In this document: piece by piece, positions 1-13,636 of the stretch | How positions within the stretch are numbered: position 1 is the stretch's first letter | How the letters are laid out: each line of letters opens with the position of its first letter | Assembly (NCBI GenBank): GCA_030390025.1 | Contig: CM059432.1 | Location: 57,786,001 to 57,850,000 of the forward strand | DNA length: 64,000 bases | Source: Squalus acanthias | Lineage: Eukaryota | Direction of reading: 5' to 3' | Program-made: the position numbers and the translations under genes | The notes under the pieces: model-generated | What the model was told of the DNA's origin: nothing | The model's database searches: none | The model's input: the letters and a program-made list of their open reading frames with translations, nothing else

Positions 1-1171
1 TATGGACTTTAGCAAGGCTTTTGATAAGGTTCCACATGGCAGTCTGGTCACGAAGTTAAAAGCCCATGGGATCCAGGGCAAAGTGTCAAGTTGGATTCAA
101 AACTGGCTTGGAGGCAGGAAGCAGAGGGTACTGGTTGATGGGTGTTTTTGTGACTGGAAGGCTATTTCCAGTGGGGTTCTGCAGGGCTCAGTACTAGGTC
201 CCTTGCTTTTTGTGGTATATATCAATGATCTTGACTTGAATATAGGGGGTATGATTAAGAAGTTTGCAGATGATACTAAAATCGGCTGTGTGGTTGATAC
301 TGAAGAAGGAAGCTGTAGACTGCAGGAAGATATCAATAAATTGGTCAGGTGGGCAGAACAGTGGCAAATGGAATTCAGTCCGGAAAAGTGTGAGGTAATG
401 CATTTGGGGAGGGCTAACAAGGAAAGGGAATACACATTAAATGGTAGGACACTGAGTAGTGTAGAGGAACAAAGGGACCTTGGAGTGCATGTCCACAGAT
501 CCCTGAAGGTAGCAGGCCAGGTAGATAAGGTGGTTAAGAAGGCATACGGAATGCTTGCCTTTATTAGCCGTGGCATAGAATACAAGAGCAGGGGGGTTAT
601 GCTTCAACTGTATAAAACACTAGTTAGGCCTCAGCTAGAGTACTGCGTGCAATTCTGGTCGCCACATTATAGGAAAGATGTGATTGCACTAGAGAGGGTA
701 CAGAGGAGATTTACGAGGATGTTGCCGGGAGTAGAGAATCTTAGCTATGAGGAAAGACTAGATAGGCTGGGTTTGTTTTCTTGGAATAGAGGAGGCTGAG
801 GTATATAAAATTGAGGGGCCTAGATAAAGTGGATAAAAGGACCTATTTCCCTTAGCAGAGGGGTCAAAAACCAGGGGGCACAGATTTAAAGTAATTGGTG
901 GAAGGTTTAGAGGGGATTTGAGGGGAAATGTCTTCACCCAGAGGGTTGTGAGGGTCTGGAACTCACTGCCTGAAAAGGTGGTAGAGGCAGAAACCCTAAC
1001 CACATTTAAAAAGTACTTGGATGTGCACTTGGGATGCTGTAACCTGCAGGGCTACGGACCAAGAGCTGGGAAGTGGGATTAGGCTGGATAGCTCTTTGTT
1101 GGCCGGCGCAGGACACGATGGGCCGAAATGGCCTCCTTCCGTGCTGTAACTTTCTAGGATTCTATGATTCT
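1..1171 (+). mobile_element. CR1 LINE 3' part (RT domain, C-terminus, 3' UTR, TTCTATGA-type tail); cut off by window start
   Basis: ORF 2-799 has DFSKAFDKV, QGSVLGP and KFADD RT motifs; 3' end ggccgaaatggcctcc followed by ttctaggattctatgattct. Confidence 0.92.
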
Positions 1172-2335
1172 CTGCACTGCCTCCAATGCAAGTATATCCT
1201 TCCTTAAATATGGAGACCAAAACTGTACGCAGTACTCCAGGTGCGTCTCACCAGCGCCCTGTAAAGTTGCATCAAAACTTCCTTACTTTTATACTCCATA
1301 CCCCTTGCAATAAAGGCCAACATTCCATTAACCTTCCTAATTACTTGCTGTACCTGCATGCTAACTTTTTGTGTTTCATGTACTAGGACCCCCAGATCCC
1401 TTTTGTACCGAAGCATTTTGTAGTCTCACTCCATTTAAATAATTTGCTTTTTCATTCTTCCTTCCAAAGTGAATAACCTCACATTTTCCCACATTATACT
1501 CCATCTGCCAAATTTTTGCCCACTCACTTAACCTATCTATATCCCTTTGCAGACTCTGTGTCCTCCTCATAACTTGCTTACCCACCTATCTTTGTATCAT
1601 CAGCAAATTTGGCTACAGTACACTCAGTCCCTTCATCCAAGTCCTTAATATAGATTGTAAATAGTTGAGGCCCCAGCACTGATCCCTGTGGCACCCCACT
1701 AGTTACAGTTTGCCAACCGGAAAATGACCCATTTATCCCGACTCTCTGTTTTTTGTTAGTTAGCCAATCCCCTATCCGTGCCAGTATATTACCCCCAACC
1801 CCGTGCGCTCTTATCTTGTGCAGTAACCTTTTATGTGGCACCCTATCGAATGCCTTCTGGAAATCCAAATACACTGCATCTACTGATTCCCCTTTATCCA
1901 CCCTGTTTCTTACATCCTCAAAGAACTCTAGCAAATTTGTCAAACACGATTTCCCTTTCATCAAACCATGTTGACTCTGCTTGATTGTCTTATGATTTTC
2001 TAAATGTCCTGCTATTACCGCCTTAATAATGGATTCCAGCATTTTCCCAATGATAGCTGGCCTATAGTTTCCTGCTTTCTGTCTCCCTCCTTTCTTGAAT
2101 AGTAGCGTTACATTTGCGGTTTTTCAATCCGCTGGGAGCTCTCCAGAATCCAGGGAATTTTGGTAGATTACAACCAACTCATCCACTATCTGCAGCCACT
2201 TCTTTTAAGACCCTAGGATGCAGGCCATCAGGTCCAGGGGACTTGTCGGCTTTTAGCCCCATTAGTTTGCCTAGTACTTTTTCCTCTAGTGATAGAGATT
2301 GTTTTAAGTTCCTCCCTCCCTATAGCCCCTTGATT
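1172..2335 (-). mobile_element. Degenerate CR1 LINE ORF2 fragment
   Basis: Minus-strand ORFs with [37 protein letters not shown], broken by frameshifts. Confidence 0.9.
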
Positions 2336-3269
2336 ATCTAATAGATTCGAGCATTTTCCTGACTACTGATGTCTGGCTAACTGGCCTATAGTTCTGTTTT
2401 CTCACTTCCTCCTTTCTTGAACATTTAAAAGGGAGGTTGAGAAGTATTTGGAAAAAAATAGAATACGAAAGGTTACAAGGAACGGATAGTGAAATGAGAC
2501 TGTAGTACATAGGTCCATGATGGGCTGAATGGCCTCCTACGATTCTTTTGAGCAGTGCAGCAGATTGATGTGACAACTATTGAGTGGAATCCATATGACT
2601 ATCACTTTTGACTGGCAGAATCACAAGTAAATACTACGTCCAACTCCCAAAATATATTGCATTTATTGGAGTCCTTGTATCGTGACTTTTCCATCAAACA
2701 AGCCTGTTAAAAAGAATAGGAATGGGATACCTTTGGACGTCAGGTCTTATACAAACACACTTCTCTATGATGATGCTGAGTGCTTTGTAGTAACCTTGCA
2801 GCCAAAACCACTGACCTAAAGGGAAGAAAAAACAGATATCAGATATTAGTTCCTACCTCCTTTGCAATGTACTGGAAAAGGTTACATATTTTGTCCAACT
2901 CAATTTGTAATTTCTGAACTGCCTCCTTTGAAACCATAGCCCTCCTAGTTTATTCATTCTGAATAGTTGGAGGAAGTAAACATTTAGAATATTAGCTATC
3001 TTGTACTCATCCTCCTTTCAGGCCTATTTCAATCTTTTATGCTTCTCTACTCTTATTTGACTCCCTTTTACTGTTGCAATACTGGAAGAATTTCTTACTG
3101 TTGTGTTTTGCATTTGCAGTTATACTTTGTCCCCCCAGGTTTCTCTTTGCCCCTCTGACCACCCCTTGAATGTCTTTCTGCATGTTCCTAGATTCTTTCC
3201 AGTGAACCCTGTCCCCTTTCTAGCTGCAGAATTTGTAGAGTTCATTCTTTTCACTTCTGGTGAATGACT

Positions 3270-3660
3270 TGAATTTATAAAGCACCTTTCATGTCCTCAG
3301 GATGTCCCTGTTTTTTATAGGCAATCAATTACTTTTGAAGAGTCACTGTTTTTATGCAGACAACAAGGTCCCACAAACAGCGATGAGATAAATGACCATT
3401 TAATCTGTGTTGGTGGTGTTGGTTGAGGGATGAATATTGGACAGGATGCCACGTGAACTCCCTGCTCTTCTTTGAAAAAGTATCATGGGATCTTTTAAAT
3501 GTCCACATGAGCAGGTAGACAGGCAGCTTCAACAACACAGCAGTCCCTCAGTACTACACTGAATTGTCACTTTAGATTATGTGCTCAATTCTGTAGTGGA
3601 GTTTAAATCTACAATTTTCTGACTCGGGTGTGAATGGCGTCAACTGAGCCAAGCTAACAC
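3270..3660 (-). mobile_element. Degenerate tRNA-derived SINE with L2-type tail (DeuSINE-like)
   Basis: Reverse complement resembles the SINE at 50394-50685 (tRNA-like head, tail ending aggtgctttataaat). Confidence 0.6.
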
Positions 3661-3934
3661 TTAATTTGATAATCTCTTTAAGTTAAAGCTTATTTAGTTT
3701 GTCCTTGCTGATTCCATAAACATATTCTTTCTGCATGCTCAGCACTTGTCCTTTACTGAATTTGTTACAACAGCCCCCCACCAACCAATTTGCTTAAGCT
3801 GTTCCCTCACTTCTTTGAAGATGGGTATAAAATTATACAAGTCCTTGGTATTTCTGAATCCCTTGATTGTTCTATGGTCGTGATCTCCTAGGGGTGCCAT
3901 GACTTCCATGTCCTATATGTTGTCTGGTTCAATA

Positions 3935-5550
3935 CAAATTGTCATAGCGAAAGAGGAGGTAGTGGAGATACTGGATGGGATAAAAATTGATAAAGAGGAG
4001 GTACTAGAAAGACTGTCTGGACTTAAAGTTGATAAGTCACCAGGACCGGATGGGATTCATCCTAGGATGCTGAGGGAAGTTAAGGTGGAAATTGTGGGGG
4101 TACTGGCCATAATTTTCCAATCCTCCTTGGATACAGGAGTAGTGCCAGAGAACTGGAGAATTGTAAATGTTACACCCTTGTTCAAAAAAGGGTGCAAGGA
4201 TAAACCCAGCAACTACAGGCCAGTCAGTGTAACCTTGGTAGTGGGGAAGCTTTTAGAAACGATAATCAGGGACAAAATTAACAATCACTTGGACAAGTGT
4301 GGATTAATCAAGGAAAGCCAGCACGGATTTGTTAAAGGCAAATCGTGTTTAACTAACTTGATTGAGTTTCTGGATGAGGTAACAGAGAGGGTTGATGAGA
4401 GCAATGCGGTTGACGTGGTGTACGTGGACTTCTAAAAGGTGTTTGATAAAGTGCCACATAATAGGCTTACCAGCAAAGTTGAAGCCCATGGAATAAAAGG
4501 GACAGTGACAGCATGGATGCGAAATTGGCTAAGTGACAGGAAACAGAGTAGTGGTGAACGGTTGTTTTTCGGACTGGAGGAAGGTATACAGTGGTCCCCA
4601 GGGGTCGGTACTAGGACCACTGCTTTTCTTGATGTATATTAATGACTTGGACTTGGGTGTACAGGGCACAATTTCAAAATTTGCAGATGACACAAAACTT
4701 GGAAGTATAGTGAACAGTGAGGAGGATAGTGATAGACTTCAAGAAGACACAGACAGGCTGGTGGAATGGGCAGATGAAATTTAATGCACAAAAGTGTGAA
4801 GTGATACTTTTTGGTAGAAGAACGAGGAGAGGCAATATAAACTAAAGGGTACAATCCTAAAGGGGGTGCATGAACAGAGAGACCTGGGGGTATATGTGCA
4901 CAAATCATTGAAGGGTGGCAGGGCAGGTTGATAGAGGCATAGAGTACAAAAGCAAGGAAGTCATGATGAACCTTTATAAAAGACTGGTTCGGCCTCAACT
5001 GGTGTATTGTGTCCAATTTTGGGCACCGCACTTTAGGAAGGATGTGAAGGCCTTAGAGAGGGTGCAGAAAAGATTTACGAAAATGGTTCCAGGGATGAGG
5101 GACTTCAGTTAACGTTGATAGACGAGAGAAGCTGGGGTTGTTCTCCTTGGAGCAGAGAAGGTTGAGAGGAGATTTGATAGAGGTGTTCAAAATCATGATG
5201 GGTCTAGACAGAGTAGATAGAGAGAAACTGTTCCCATTGGCAGAAGGGTCGAAAACCAGAGGACACAGATTTAAAGTGATTGGCAAAAGAACCAAAAGTG
5301 ACATGAAGAAAACTTTTTTGCTCCGCGTGTGGTTAGGATCTGGAATGCTCTGCCTGAAAGGGTGGTGGAGGCAGATTCAATCATGGCTTTCAAAAGGGAG
5401 TTGGATAAGTACCTGAAAGAAAAAAACATTGCAGGGCTACGGGGAAAGGGCGGGTGAGTGGGACTAGCTGAAGTGCTCTTGCAGAGAGCCGGCAATGGCT
5501 CGACGGGCCGAATGGCCTCCTTCTGTGCTGTAACCATTCTATGATTCTAT
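3935..5550 (+). mobile_element. 5'-truncated CR1 LINE with frameshifts
   Basis: [31 protein letters not shown] in successive ORFs; tail attctatgattctat ends at 5550. Confidence 0.92.
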
Positions 5551-5882
5551 AAATATTAGACCAAGATGAGAACTGCTTCTCTGATATTCTGGCTCATGAT
5601 GCAGTCATGTATTACATTTACCGACCTTGACTCTAACCCACTTGGCTATTCCCAGTTTATATTTGGTTGATTGATATCACCCATTGAAGTAACTTTCCTG
5701 TTCTTGGATACCATTCCTATTTCTTCATAGAGCAGACTGTTTTCCTAGTGCTCTGTATCATACCCCTAGTATTAGCTTTGGTTTTTTTTTGCATTGAAGA
5801 TATTTAACCAGAGTTCTTCATGATGTAGCTTTTCACCTCCCACAAGGTTGGCTTCAGTTACCTCCTGTGTGTCCCTGATATA

Positions 5883-6126
5883 CAGTAAACTCCCGTTTAA
5901 ACAGCACCTAATCAACCGGAATTCTTTAATAACCGGCAAAATAGATAGCCGGTAATCTTGCCAAATCCATCCATTTTTCGTTTTTCCGAGTTTCCCGCGG
6001 TGGCCGAGTTAGTCACTGGTTTTTATTTTTTTTTGTTAAAAATTGCCTACCTCTCTGTTACCCGGAATTTTTAATCAACCGGCACCATCCCGGTCCCATC
6101 GGTGCTGGATATGAAAGAGTTTACTG
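5883..6126. mobile_element. Tc1/mariner (pogo/Tigger-like) MITE
   Basis: TIRs cagtaaactc / gagtttactg with TA on both sides (5881-2, 6127-8); no ORF. Confidence 0.75.
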
Positions 6127-6209
6127 TATAGGGCTACATCATCTCATTTTCTGACCACTCTACCCCTGAATGTTGTATTTTTTAAAAGTTTGTTTATAGA
6201 TGTCTACCC

Positions 6210-6500
6210 TGGCAAGGTTGCATTTATTGCCCATACCTAGTTGTCCTGATGTATTAAGAGTCAATCATGTATTATGGGTCTGGAGACATGTATAAGCCAG
6301 ACCAGGGAGGAGAGGCTGGCTCCCTTCCCTGAATGACATTACTGAGCCAGTTGGGTTCTTATGACAATCTGGCAGCTTTCATGGTCATTTTGTTCTGGTG
6401 TCAGCCCACGATTATTGAATTTGATTTCACAATTTGCTATGGTGGGATTTGAATTCATAATCACTGGGTTGTTAGTCCAGTATCATAACCATCAAGCTAC
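6210..6500 (-). mobile_element. Degenerate tRNA-derived SINE related to the copy at 13061
   Basis: Reverse complement contains ggttatgatactggactaacaacccag head, B-box-like gaattcaaatccc and gggcaataaatgc tail. Confidence 0.55.
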
Positions 6501-6798
6501 CATTACCATCCACTGGAGTCAGCCATGTTTCTAATTTTCCTAATACACCGTAGTTCCCAACTGACACAACAGCCTCCAACAGTTGGTATTCTTTGTCAAA
6601 TTACTCCATTTCTACACCAGCAGTCACTACTGTGTTCACAGATGTGATGCCTTGAGTTCAATTATTTTGTGATACCCTAACTATATTATTTTTTTCTTCC
6701 CCCTCTACTTCTGTTTCCGTGTCCTTCTCTATCCTACAGCACAAAGATCTTGTTTCTGGAAAGTGAAAAACTTAAAGTAATCTTTCGAGAAAGTTAAT

Positions 6799-9340
6799 GG
6801 CCCAGAATTTGCTGTAACCCGTTTACTCTCCATGATATTTTGCACTGCAAGTTATTGGAAGTGCGAGATGGAAATGGCGCAGCACCCTCTACAGGGGATC
6901 TGGTACCTGAGTGAACAGGACAAGCAACTGTGTATCTCCTTAACCAATCAGACTGAAGGCTTGTGAAATGAACAGTGCAAGGTCTGAACATGGAAGTGTA
7001 AATTAGAATGTGAATTCAATGTCAAATCAAGTACAGAAAGAGAAATAGAGAGGGAAAGAAAGATTGGATAGAGAGAGAGAAAAAAGACAAAGGAAATATA
7101 AAAAATAATTACATTTTTTAATAAAAAATCTCCAACAATAATTAAAACCTGAAGGAGTAAGACTCCACGCTTGTAATAGTTAATTTTCAATGACAGAGAG
7201 TTTGACTGGCAGAAATTAGACTGAAATGGACAAGGGCTAACCTCCTGTGGCGTGTTTAGTTCATTTCTACCGTGCAAGTACAGGAGCTTCACGCAGTTCA
7301 ACAACAACAACTTGTATTTATATAGCACCTTTAACATAGTAAAACGTCGCAAGGCACTTCACAGGAGTGTTATAAATCAAAAAATTTGACACCGAGCCAC
7401 ATAAGGAGAAATTAGGGCAGATGACCAAAAGCTTGGTCAAAGTGGTAGGTTTTAAGGAGTGTCTTAAAGGAGGAAAGAGAGGGGGAGATATTTAGGGAGG
7501 GAATTCCAGAGCTTAGGGCCTAGGCAGCTGAAGGCTGTGAGTGAATAAAATCAGGGATGCTCAAGCAGCCAGAACTAGAGCAGCGCAGATATCTCGGGGT
7601 GGGGGGGTGGGATTGTGAGGCTGGAGGAGATTGGAGATAGGAAGGGTCGAGGCCATGGAGGGATTTGAAAACAAGGAGGGATTTGAAAACAAGGATGAGC
7701 ATTTTGAATTCGAGGTGTTGCTTAACTGGGAGCCAATGTAGGTCAGCGAGCACAGGGGTGATGGGCGAATGGGACTTGATGCGAGTTAGGACATGAGCAG
7801 CCAAGTTTTGGATGACCTCAAGTTTGTATAGGGTAGAATGTGGGAGGCCAGCCAGGAGTGCGTTGGAATAGTCAAGTCTAGAGGTAACAAAGCATGGATG
7901 AGGGTTTCAGCAGCGGATGAGCTGAGGCAAGGGAGGAGACGCCGACGTTACGGAGGTAGAAATAGGCAGTCTTTGTTATGCTGCGGATATGTGGTCGGAA
8001 GCTCATTTCAGAGTCGAGTATGACACCAAGGTTGCGAACAGTGTGGTTCAGCCTCCAACAGATGTTACGGAGAGGGATGGAGTCGGTGGAGGGAATGGAG
8101 TTTGTGGCGGGGACTGAAGACAATGGCTTTGGTCTTCCCAATATTTAACTGGAGAAAATTTCTGCTCATCAGTACTGGATGTCGGACAAGCAAGTGACAA
8201 TTTAGAGACAGGTCGAGAGAATTGGTGGTGAGGTAGAGCTGGGTGTCGTCAGCGTACATGTGGAAACTGACGCTGTGTTTTTGGATAATGTCGCTGAGGG
8301 GCAACATGTAGATGAGAAATAGGAGGGGGCAAGGATAGATCATTTGTGACTTTGATGAGAGCCGTTACAGTACTGTGGCAGGGATGGAAGCCTGATTGGA
8401 GGGATTCAAACATGGAGTTCCGGGAAGGGTGGGCACGGATTTGGGAGGCAACAACACGTTCAAGGACTTTGGAGAGGAAAGGGAGGTTGGAGATGGGGCG
8501 GTAGTTTGCAAGGATGGAGGCGGTCAAGGGTTTTTTTTTGAGGAGAGGGGTGATGGTGGCAGATTTGAAGGAGAGGGGGAACAGTACCTGAGTTAACAAT
8601 GTCAGCTAACATGGGAGCCAGAAAAGGAAGTTGAGTGGTCAGTAGTTTGGTGGGAATAGGGTCAAGGGAGCAGGAAGTGGGTCTCCTGGACAAGATAAGC
8701 GCCGAGAGGTGATCGGAGAGAAACTGGAGAAAGATGTGAGGCTAGGGCAGGGGGGATCTTTGCGGAAGTTTGACTTGGTGGGCTAGGGGAAGGAAGGGAA
8801 GTGGCAGAGGCAGCTGATCGGATGGTCTCAATGTTTGAGAGACAAAGAAGTCCATGAGCTCCTCACACTTGTTGGAGGTGAGGGTGGAGAAGTCAGGGGA
8901 CAGGGGTTTAAGAAGACGGATAGCAGTAGAGAATAGAAGCCAGGGGTTATCTTTGAACTCCAGAATGATCCTGGAATAGTGAGCAATTTTGGTAGAGGAG
9001 AGCAGGAGCTGATGATGCTTTATCTGGTCCAGCCAGATCTGGCGGTGAATGGCTAAACCAGTTGTCCGCCATATCCGTTTAAGTCTGTGTCCCTTGGACT
9101 CAAGGGAGCGAAGATGAGGGTCATACCAGGGGGAACGGCCAGGTTCGATGCATTTGAATGGTGAGTCAGTGAGTTTTCGCGCAGCTAACGGTGGAGTGGC
9201 GGATCTCGGACAGCAACTTTCAGATTTTCGTGTTTAACTGTGCATCTGCCCTCGTCTGAAGTTGCTGTGTGATTTGCATATAAATAATGGTGAGGGAACA
9301 CTGTTAGCCTCACCGTTATTCTGACAGCAAATTCTGGGCC
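6799..9340. mobile_element. Non-autonomous TIR element (PIF/Harbinger-like MITE) interrupted by an L2 LINE
   Basis: Perfect 17-bp TIR ggcccagaatttgctgt / acagcaaattctgggcc, flanks aat/att; internal similarity to 28752-29573 and 51919-52655. Confidence 0.72.
7298..9143 (-). mobile_element. 5'-truncated L2-clade LINE
   Basis: Minus ORFs with [44 protein letters not shown]-like SPITPVLADLHWLP; (ttg)n tail after tataaatacaag. Confidence 0.9.
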
Positions 9341-10204
9341 ATTGTTTCTGCACTAATAAGGTGAGAACTTGGTATTCATAACACCCTAGTGTTACATTGG
9401 TTGCAAGAAAAAGGCAGAACAATGCAACAAACCTCTCCAGCCATGCCAGCTCATTCACAGCCGCACTAGCAAACTGAAATCATACGGTTGCTTCGTCACC
9501 TAGCATTTGAGCCAACCAGTCAAAACAATGAACCAGGACAACCCCCTGAGCTTTCACTGGCCAGAAACTGCTCATCAACTATAGTGCATTGGGAAATTGA
9601 ACCAGAAGTTGTTGTTTGAGTCGTATGCTGTACGGCTACTGCAAGCTGGATGAAATGCTGAAGTGGGTTGCATTTGTGGGACGTAGGTTGGACAGTGTAG
9701 GTGTATTGGTCGCTGATCTGAGTGTACGCAATGTTGACGAGTGGTGACATTCATGGAAGATTGATTTAGTATTACATATTTTTGGTAAATTTTGTGCTGG
9801 AAAATGGGACAGTCATTTTGCGATCCAAGTTGCTTTATTAATGTAATATTAGAACTTTTATGCAGTTTTGTGCTGCTTGAGCAAAAATCTTTAAAAAAAA
9901 AAAGAGGCCAGCCCAAGGAGCACAGAATTTCCTAAATCTGACAAAATTTAACTGTGCAGGAATCACTGGAACCCAAGTGGTCATCTGCCTTCAAGTTACC
10001 AATCAGCTGTGGTAGACGGCTAAATAACTGATGATGTTTGTAAGGGAACAGTGTGAAAGAAGTCGAAGAACCTAATCTTTCTCCATTATATTTTACCTTT
10101 CTCCATTATAATATCATCATTGATTCCCTCACACACAATTTTTTGCTCCTCAAATTTTATTGATTCAAGCTGCCTCATTGGACTATGGCCTCTAACAACT
10201 ACAA

Positions 10205-11210
10205 TCAATCATCTCAACCCCAGGACATTGCTGCAGTAGTTTCCTCAGGGCAGTGTGCTAGGCCCAACCATCTTCAGCTACTTCATCAATGACATTCCCT
10301 CCATCATAAGGTCAGAAGTGGGGATGTTCACTGATGATTGCACAGTGTTCAGTTCCATTCGCAACTCCTCCGCTAATGAAGCCGTCCATGCCCCTATGCA
10401 GCAAGACCTGGACGATATTCAAGCTTGGGCTGATAAGTGGCAAGTAACATTCGCGCCACACAAGTGCCAGGCAATGACTATTTCCAACAAGCGAGAGTCT
10501 AACCACCGCCCCTTGACATTCAACGGCATTACCATCGCCAAATCCCCCACCATCAACATCCTGGAGGGTCACCATTAACCAGAAACTTAACTGGACCAGC
10601 CACATAAATACTGTGGCAACAAGAGCAGGTCAGAGGCTGGGTATTCTGCGATGAGTGTCTCACCTTTATATCAAAGCCTTTCCACCATCTACAAGGCACA
10701 AGTCAGGAGTGTGATGGAATACTCTCCACTTGCCCAGATGAGTGCAGCTCCAACAACACTCAAGAAGCTCGACACCATCCAAGACAAAGCAGCTCGATTG
10801 ATTGGCACCCCGTCCACCACCTTAAACATTCACCCCCTCCACTACCGGCGTACCGTGGCTGCAGTGTGTACCATCTACAAGATGCACTGCAGCAACTCGC
10901 CAAGGCTTCTTCAGCAGCACCTCCCAAACCCGTGACTTCTACCACCTAGAAGGACATGGGCAGCAGGCGCATGGGAACACCATCCCCTCCAAGTTCCCCT
11001 CCAAGTCCCACACCATCCTGACTTGGAAATATATCGCTGTTCCTTTATCGTTGCTGAGTCAAAATCCTGGAACTCCCTCCCCAACAGCACTGTGGGAGTA
11101 CAGACTGCAGCGGTTCAAGAAGGCGGCTTACCACCACCTTCTCGAGGGCAATTAGGGAGGGCAATGAATGCTGGCCTTGCCAGCGACACCCACATCTCAT
11201 GAACAAATTT
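10205..11210 (+). mobile_element. 5'-truncated CR1-clade LINE (family distinct from the TTCTATG-tailed CR1s)
   Basis: LGPTIFSYFIND..MFTDD, IYKAQVRSVMEYS; 3' end shared with 53690-56012. Confidence 0.85.
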
Positions 11211-11598
11211 TTTTTTAAATGAGTTCGGGCAGGCTATCTGTTCTCGGGCATCTGCCAGTGTTGCTGTGTAGCTGTCCACATGGAGTTTGTGACAGCTCCA
11301 TGCGCTAATTTGCTCTTGGTATTAATTCACTTTCTCGTGCTAGAGAAGTGTCTCACTGCCGTGTGAAAGCCTGGCTAAGTTCAGAGAATTTGAGGATGAA
11401 ACCCATTTGATTTCTTCACTTTAGTTTTTGTTTTCTCCACTATGATTTTAAAAAAAAAGTAAAAGTACATTTAAAAAAAAAAAAAATTGTATAAACAAAC
11501 GGTGAATCTTTTCTGATGTAGATGTCTTGGGTTGAGCAAACCGCACTAAGTGTGATCTGCAATAACATTTTTAACTGTTTCAATTGCTTCATTTGTAG

Positions 11599-11639
11599 AT
11601 ATAATGAAGAGAAATATGGACAGATGTGTTGGAGGAGTG
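11599..11639 (+). CDS. TATDN1: TATDN1 coding exon (41 nt): (D)IMKRNMDRCVGGV
   Basis: tttgtag acceptor and gtaagt donor; peptide matches recalled vertebrate TATDN1 DIMKRNRDRCVGGV; phase fits next exon. Confidence 0.93.
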
Positions 11640-11850
11640 GTAAGTCTAACTGCAATGCTTATGTCAATCCATCTGGCCCATTATAGAGAATCACGGAGTT
11701 GATAATCACCGTATGTGCTCTTTGTAATATGATTTTACACATCTATAATTCAGGAATTGCATAGAAAGTCTCCACACCAGTAGGGAGGTTTACTGATTTA
11801 ATCACGTGGTGGAAATGGAAGTGATATATGGATATACAAGTAGCAGACAT

Positions 11851-12004
11851 GGGGTAAATTTTTGTCTTCACCGCATGGGTGGTAATGTGGCTGAGTGGAC
11901 CACTTGCCTGTTATAGAAATCAATGGAATGAAAATTGGGTGAATTCTATAACAAGTGATCCACTCTGGCAAATTACCATCTGTGGTGAAAACAAAAATTC
12001 ACCC
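11851..12004. mobile_element. Small palindromic MITE-like element
   Basis: Imperfect IR gggtaaatttttgtcttcacc / ggtgaaaacaaaaattcaccc plus internal symmetry ttatagaa / ttctataa. Confidence 0.5.
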
Positions 12005-12094
12005 ACTGGACTTTGGAACTCAACTTACATGATAATTACAATCAAAGCAAATATTTTTCAGCTAAGATATGTTAAGTATTGGCTCATGTAAAAA

Positions 12095-12420
12095 AGAAAG
12101 AACTTGTATTTATATAGGGTCTTATTGCCTCCTCAGGATGTCCCAAGCGCTTTACAACCAAGGGATTACTTTTGCAGTGAAATCACTTTATTATGTAGGC
12201 AAATAGTTTGTAGGACAGCAAGATCCTACAAAAAGGAAATAAATGAATGACTAGATAATCTGTTTTTGTTGGTGTTGCTTGAGAGAGGAGTGTTGGCAGA
12301 CGGGGTTTCAGTTTAACATCTCATCCGAAATTCGACACCTCCATCAATGCAGCACTCCCTCAGTACTGCACTAGCGTGTTCACCTATAATATTGTACTCC
12401 GATCCGTAATGGGCTAAAAT
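12095..12420 (-). mobile_element. Degenerate DeuSINE-like SINE
   Basis: L2-type tail (aacttgtatttatatag..tcccaag) and cactccctcagtactgcact core shared with 3270-3660. Confidence 0.55.
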
Positions 12421-13060
12421 GCTGAATCTTATAACACAGATGTGTCCTTGAAGCAATATGTGTTAAGATGTTTTCTCCCCCAAAATTTGATACAGGTCGT
12501 GCCTGGTATTTTCCGCTTCCCATTCATCTTAATGGCTAGAAAATTGTGGGCTAGCAAGCACACAGCAACAAAGCCCCGGGCGCCTTGTCATTTAATTTCT
12601 GTGCGTTTTATAAATATTTTATAAATATTCTGATCCTTTTCTTTGCTTGTGGCTTTATCTATCTTGTCTATCAAGCTTTTATGTATCTTTCATCACCTTT
12701 CTAGTTTTTTTCAACTTCTTGTTTCCCCTAACGATCTTTCACTTTTCACCTAGTTTCATCTGTTATTTGTTTTTTCTCTATTGATCCTCAGTCTGTCGCT
12801 ATAGTTTGCATTTTGTTTTTGTTTTCTTTTAAGCCTTCTCAAATGACGTGTAGATCACCTGCCCAATCTATGTGTCCTTGCAGAATGCTTAAGTTGTCAA
12901 AGCTGAAACTTGATTTGGGCCTCTGCTAATGTGGTCAATAGGTGCTGTCTTGGTGCATTAGCTGATTCTGGAAGGAAAGATTTAGAATAACAAACTTTCA
13001 GAAAATTATTTAATCATATTATCTATCCTACTTAAAATGATAATTTATGACCTTACCCAG

Positions 13061-13463
13061 GGTATGGTAGCATAGTGTTTATGTTACTGGATTAGTAATC
13101 CAGAGGCATCTGGAGATGATGAGTTCAAATCCCACCGTGGCAGCTGGAGAATTTAAATTCAGTTAATTAAATAAATCTGGAATAAAAAGCTAGTATCAGT
13201 AATGGTGACCATGAAACAAGCGGATTGTCATAAAAACCCATCTGGTTCACTCCTGTACTTTAGGGAAGGAAATCTGCCGTCCTTACCTGGTCTGGCCTAT
13301 ATGTGGTTGACTCTTAACTGCCCTCTGAAATGGCCTAGCAAGCCACGCAGTTGTCTGCTACAAAAAACTGCAGCGGTTCAAGAAGGCCTTCTCGAGGGCA
13401 ATTAGGGATGGGCAATAAATGCTGGCTTTGCCAGCGATGCCCACATCCCATGAATGAATAAAC
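13061..13463 (+). mobile_element. tRNA-derived SINE sharing its 3' tail with the CR1-clade LINE
   Basis: A-box-like tagcatagtg, B box gagttcaaatccc (13121-13133); tail gggcaattagggatgggcaataaatgctgg..cccacatcccatgaatgaataaa. Confidence 0.75.
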
Positions 13464-13559
13464 AAAAATCTCATAAAAGCCAGCACTTAATAGTTAATGC
13501 ATTTTAAAAACAAGAATTATTTAGGTGATTTGTAAGTTTCATGTATCCATTTTCTTTAG

Positions 13560-13636
13560 GTGCACTCTTTTGATGGTACAAAAGAGGAAGCTGCTGCACT
13601 TGTAGAATTGGGTCTCTATATTGGAATCAATGGCTG
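13560..13636 (+). CDS. TATDN1: TATDN1 coding exon (77 nt): VHSFDGTKEEAAALVELGLYIGING(C)
   Basis: tttctttag / gtaagt boundaries; TatD HSF motif. Confidence 0.96.

Noticed and set aside
2580..11590. Preceding TATDN1 exon (expected YFEKQF..PMFLHCR)
   Set aside because: Not found by eye; probably upstream of the window.
13061..13140. tRNA gene-like A/B boxes (also 50394-50465)
   Set aside because: No complete cloverleaf; these are SINE heads.
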